A stretch of DNA of 64,000 nt from Cyclobacteriaceae bacterium (lineage in GTDB: Bacteria > Bacteroidota > Bacteroidia > Cytophagales > Cyclobacteriaceae): positions 169,794 to 233,793 of the forward strand of contig DAIQOI010000004.1 of assembly GCA_036787955.1 (NCBI GenBank), in the 5' to 3' direction. Below are positions 61,873 through 64,000 of this stretch, piece after piece. Every line of letters begins with the position of its first letter. Position 1 is the first letter of the stretch. The notes under the pieces are model-generated. The model did not search any database. It had not been told where the DNA came from and saw only the letters and a list, made by a program, of their open reading frames with translations. Position numbers and translations under genes: made by a program.

Positions 61873-62760
61873 ATGATTGAACTGCCCACCATATCATCCG
61901 CGGCAGCACATAGCCGCAAGCCCGACTGGCTGCGTGTAAAGCTGCCCGTGGGCCCGGAATACGCCAAAGTACGCAGGCTGGTGGACGAACACCGCCTGCA
62001 CACCATTTGCGAAAGCGGCAACTGCCCCAACATGGGCGAATGCTGGGGTGCAGGCACTGCCACCTTCATGATACTGGGCAACATTTGCACACGCAGCTGT
62101 ACTTTCTGTGCCGTGGCTACCGGCCGTCCCACCGAATACGACACCGATGAGCCCAGGCGCGTAGCCGAAGCCATCAGGCTGATGGGCGTAAAGCACGCTG
62201 TCATCACTTCGGTTAACCGCGATGAACTCAAAGACCGCGGGGCAGAAATATGGTACCAAACGGTGGTGTGGACCAAAAAACTCAATCCGGAAACCACCAT
62301 CGAAACACTCATCCCCGATACCAAGGGCAACTGGGACGCCTTGTACCGCATGATTGAAGGCGGACAGGAAGTGGTAAGCCACAACATGGAAACCGTTGAA
62401 CGCCTGTACCGCAAGGTACGGCCTCAGGCCAAATACGAACGCAGCCTGGAGCAGATAAGACGCATCCGCGAAGCCGGTAAACGCACCAAATCGGGCATCA
62501 TGCTGGGCCTGGGCGAAACCAAAGACGAGGTGCTTAAAGCCATGGACGACCTGGTGGAAAACGGCCTGCTTATCCTGACACTCGGACAATACCTGCAACC
62601 TACCAAAATGCACCTGGAAGTGGCTGAGTACATCCACCCCGATACGTTTGAAATGTACAAAGAAGAGGGCCTGAAGCGCGGCCTCAGGTATGTAGAGGCT
62701 GGCCCGCTGGTACGCTCCAGCTACCATGCCGAACGCCACGTGAACGTTCCGCTGGACTGA
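61873..62760 (+). CDS. lipA: Lipoyl synthase
   Basis: [10 protein letters not shown], the auxiliary cluster [12 protein letters not shown] and the radical-SAM motif CTRSCTFC are present. Confidence 0.97.
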   Translation: MIELPTISSAAAHSRKPDWLRVKLPVGPEYAKVRRLVDEHRLHTICESGNCPNMGECWGAGTATFMILGNICTRSCTFCAVATGRPTEYDTDEPRRVAEAIRLMGVKHAVITSVNRDELKDRGAEIWYQTVVWTKKLNPETTIETLIPDTKGNWDALYRMIEGGQEVVSHNMETVERLYRKVRPQAKYERSLEQIRRIREAGKRTKSGIMLGLGETKDEVLKAMDDLVENGLLILTLGQYLQPTKMHLEVAEYIHPDTFEMYKEEGLKRGLRYVEAGPLVRSSYHAERHVNVPLD

Positions 62761-62815
62761 TCTCCGCCATCAAATTCTTCGTATAACCCGCTTTTTATTT
62801 GCAGCGCCACTCTTC

Positions 62816-62823
62816 TACCTTTG
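62816..62823 (+). promoter_or_regulatory. Candidate -7 box (TAnnTTTG) for gcvP
   Basis: TACCTTTG lies 42 nt upstream of ATG 62866. It sits inside a 7-bp inverted repeat (GCGCCAC...GTGGCGC, 62804-62829). Confidence 0.35.
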
Positions 62824-62865
62824 TGGCGCCTTAAAACCCCCTGCCGGCAAAACTGTTTTAACGTT

Positions 62866-64000
62866 ATGAGTTACAATTACCTCTATTCCGAGAAGTTTGA
62901 ATTACGCCACATTGGCCCCGATGCACCGCAAATTGAAGAAATGCTGAAAACGGTAAAAGCTTCATCCCTGGATGAACTGATAGATCAGACCGTGCCCGCC
63001 AATATCCGGTTGAAAAAACCCCTGAACCTCCCTCCTGCAAAATCGGAAGTACAGTTTCTCAATGACTTCAGAAAACTGGCATCGCAAAACAAAGTATTCA
63101 AATCATTCATTGGTATGGGCTATTACAATACCCATACACCGGCTGTTATCCTGCGCAACATTCTGGAAAACCCGGGGTGGTACACCGCCTACACTCCCTA
63201 CCAGGCCGAAATTGCCCAGGGACGCCTCGAGGCGCTGATTAACTACCAGACCATGATCATGGACCTTACCGGCATGGAAATAGCCAATGCATCGCTGCTG
63301 GACGAAGGCACAGCCGCTGCCGAAGCTATGCACATGCTGCACGCTTCGCTGAAGCCGGAAAAGAAAAACGCTCATGTATTTTTTGCCGATGAGAATATTT
63401 TCCCGCAAACACTCGATGTGCTGAAAACCCGATCAGCACCGCTGGGTATTGTGCTTGAAACCGGCGATATACGCAAACTCGATGTTACCCGCCCGGAACT
63501 TTTTGCCGTGCTCGTTCAATATCCCGACAACAACGGATCCATTACAGATTATTCCGGCTTTATTGCTGCAGCACACGAGCACAACGTGTACGTGGCCGTT
63601 GCTGCCGACCTGCTGGCTTTGGCCTTGCTGAAATCACCAGGTGAAATGGGTGCCGATGTAGCAATAGGTTCCAGCCAGCGCTTTGGTGTGCCCATGGGCT
63701 TTGGCGGACCCCACTCGGCTTACTTTGCCACGCGCGAGGCATTTAAACGCCAGATACCCGGCCGTATCATTGGTGCCTCGGTTGACGCACAGGGAAAACC
63801 CGGCTATCGAATGGCGTTGCAAACACGCGAACAACACATTCGCCGAGAAAAGGCTACTTCCAATATCTGTACCGCACAGGTGCTGCTGGCCGTTATGGCC
63901 GGCATGTATGCCGTGTATCACGGACCGGAAGGAATTAAAAAAATTGCTGCAAGGGTTCACGGACTGGCCGATCTGCTCAATCGCGAACTGCAGAAACTCG
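62866..64000 (+). CDS. gcvP: Glycine dehydrogenase (decarboxylating), P protein; 5' part, runs off the window
   Basis: The frame is open from ATG 62866 to the window end. Motifs present are [53 protein letters not shown] and [16 protein letters not shown]. Confidence 0.95.
   Translation, partial: MSYNYLYSEKFELRHIGPDAPQIEEMLKTVKASSLDELIDQTVPANIRLKKPLNLPPAKSEVQFLNDFRKLASQNKVFKSFIGMGYYNTHTPAVILRNILENPGWYTAYTPYQAEIAQGRLEALINYQTMIMDLTGMEIANASLLDEGTAAAEAMHMLHASLKPEKKNAHVFFADENIFPQTLDVLKTRSAPLGIVLETGDIRKLDVTRPELFAVLVQYPDNNGSITDYSGFIAAAHEHNVYVAVAADLLALALLKSPGEMGADVAIGSSQRFGVPMGFGGPHSAYFATREAFKRQIPGRIIGASVDAQGKPGYRMALQTREQHIRREKATSNICTAQVLLAVMAGMYAVYHGPEGIKKIAARVHGLADLLNRELQKL

Noticed and set aside
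61629-62739. Two long minus-strand ORFs (261 aa and 281 aa) opposite gcvH and lipA.
   Set aside because: lipA and gcvH carry diagnostic motifs on the plus strand. The antisense ORFs are compositional artefacts of GC-rich third positions.
62761-62865. A possible glycine riboswitch upstream of gcvP.
   Set aside because: The spacer is only 105 nt and I could not find the conserved glycine-aptamer core sequences. The 7-bp inverted repeat there is more simply a lipA terminator-like hairpin overlapping the promoter.
1-64000. A window-wide search for CRISPR arrays, tRNA/rRNA genes, IS elements, integrases, phage genes, toxin-antitoxin pairs and known defence-system genes.
   Set aside because: I saw no regularly spaced direct repeats and no tRNA-like T-arm consensus (GGTTCGAATCC or variants). 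No ORF had transposase, integrase, recombinase, nuclease-helicase or toxin-antitoxin hallmarks. The window is dominated by housekeeping and envelope genes.

Overview
This 64-kb segment looks like core chromosome from a member of the phylum Bacteroidota. The evidence for that placement is a T9SS translocon gene (sprA), a T9SS C-terminal-domain cargo protein, DUF4292/DUF4837/DUF1599-type families, recurrent TAnnTTTG -7 promoter boxes and no Shine-Dalgarno sequences. I can support 57 protein-coding regions, two of them cut by the window edges. I found no rRNA or tRNA genes, no CRISPR array, and no transposase, integrase or phage genes. Most genes are housekeeping: uvrB, aspS, proS, gatA, ruvA, tadA, aroE, aroK, folP, cdaA, kbl/tdh, maeB, tatA, gcvH-lipA-gcvP and sod. 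Envelope functions are also present: sprA, an MltD-like transglycosylase, an EnvC-like M23 peptidase, a Wzx-like flippase and a DUF368 protein. All family calls rest on my recognition of motifs in the translated ORFs, since no searches could be run. I see no clear-cut novel multi-gene system such as a defence island or biosynthetic cluster. Five loci are most worth a second look. (1) An extremely Trp-rich secreted protein is paired with a FadL/PorV-like outer-membrane barrel (30.7-33.4 kb). (2) A tandem-duplicated, Tat-exported molybdenum-hydroxylase module has one monoheme cytochrome c, and its XdhC/MocA maturation genes lie displaced behind a protease (14.9-24.4 kb). (3) A small low-GC islet of ORFans is flanked by an imperfect 27-nt repeat (39.6-40.5 kb). 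(4) An aroK/MauE-like/DUF1599 operon is back-to-back with folP, with start codons overlapping inside a palindrome. (5) An orphan comA is tightly linked to a DUF368 gene.
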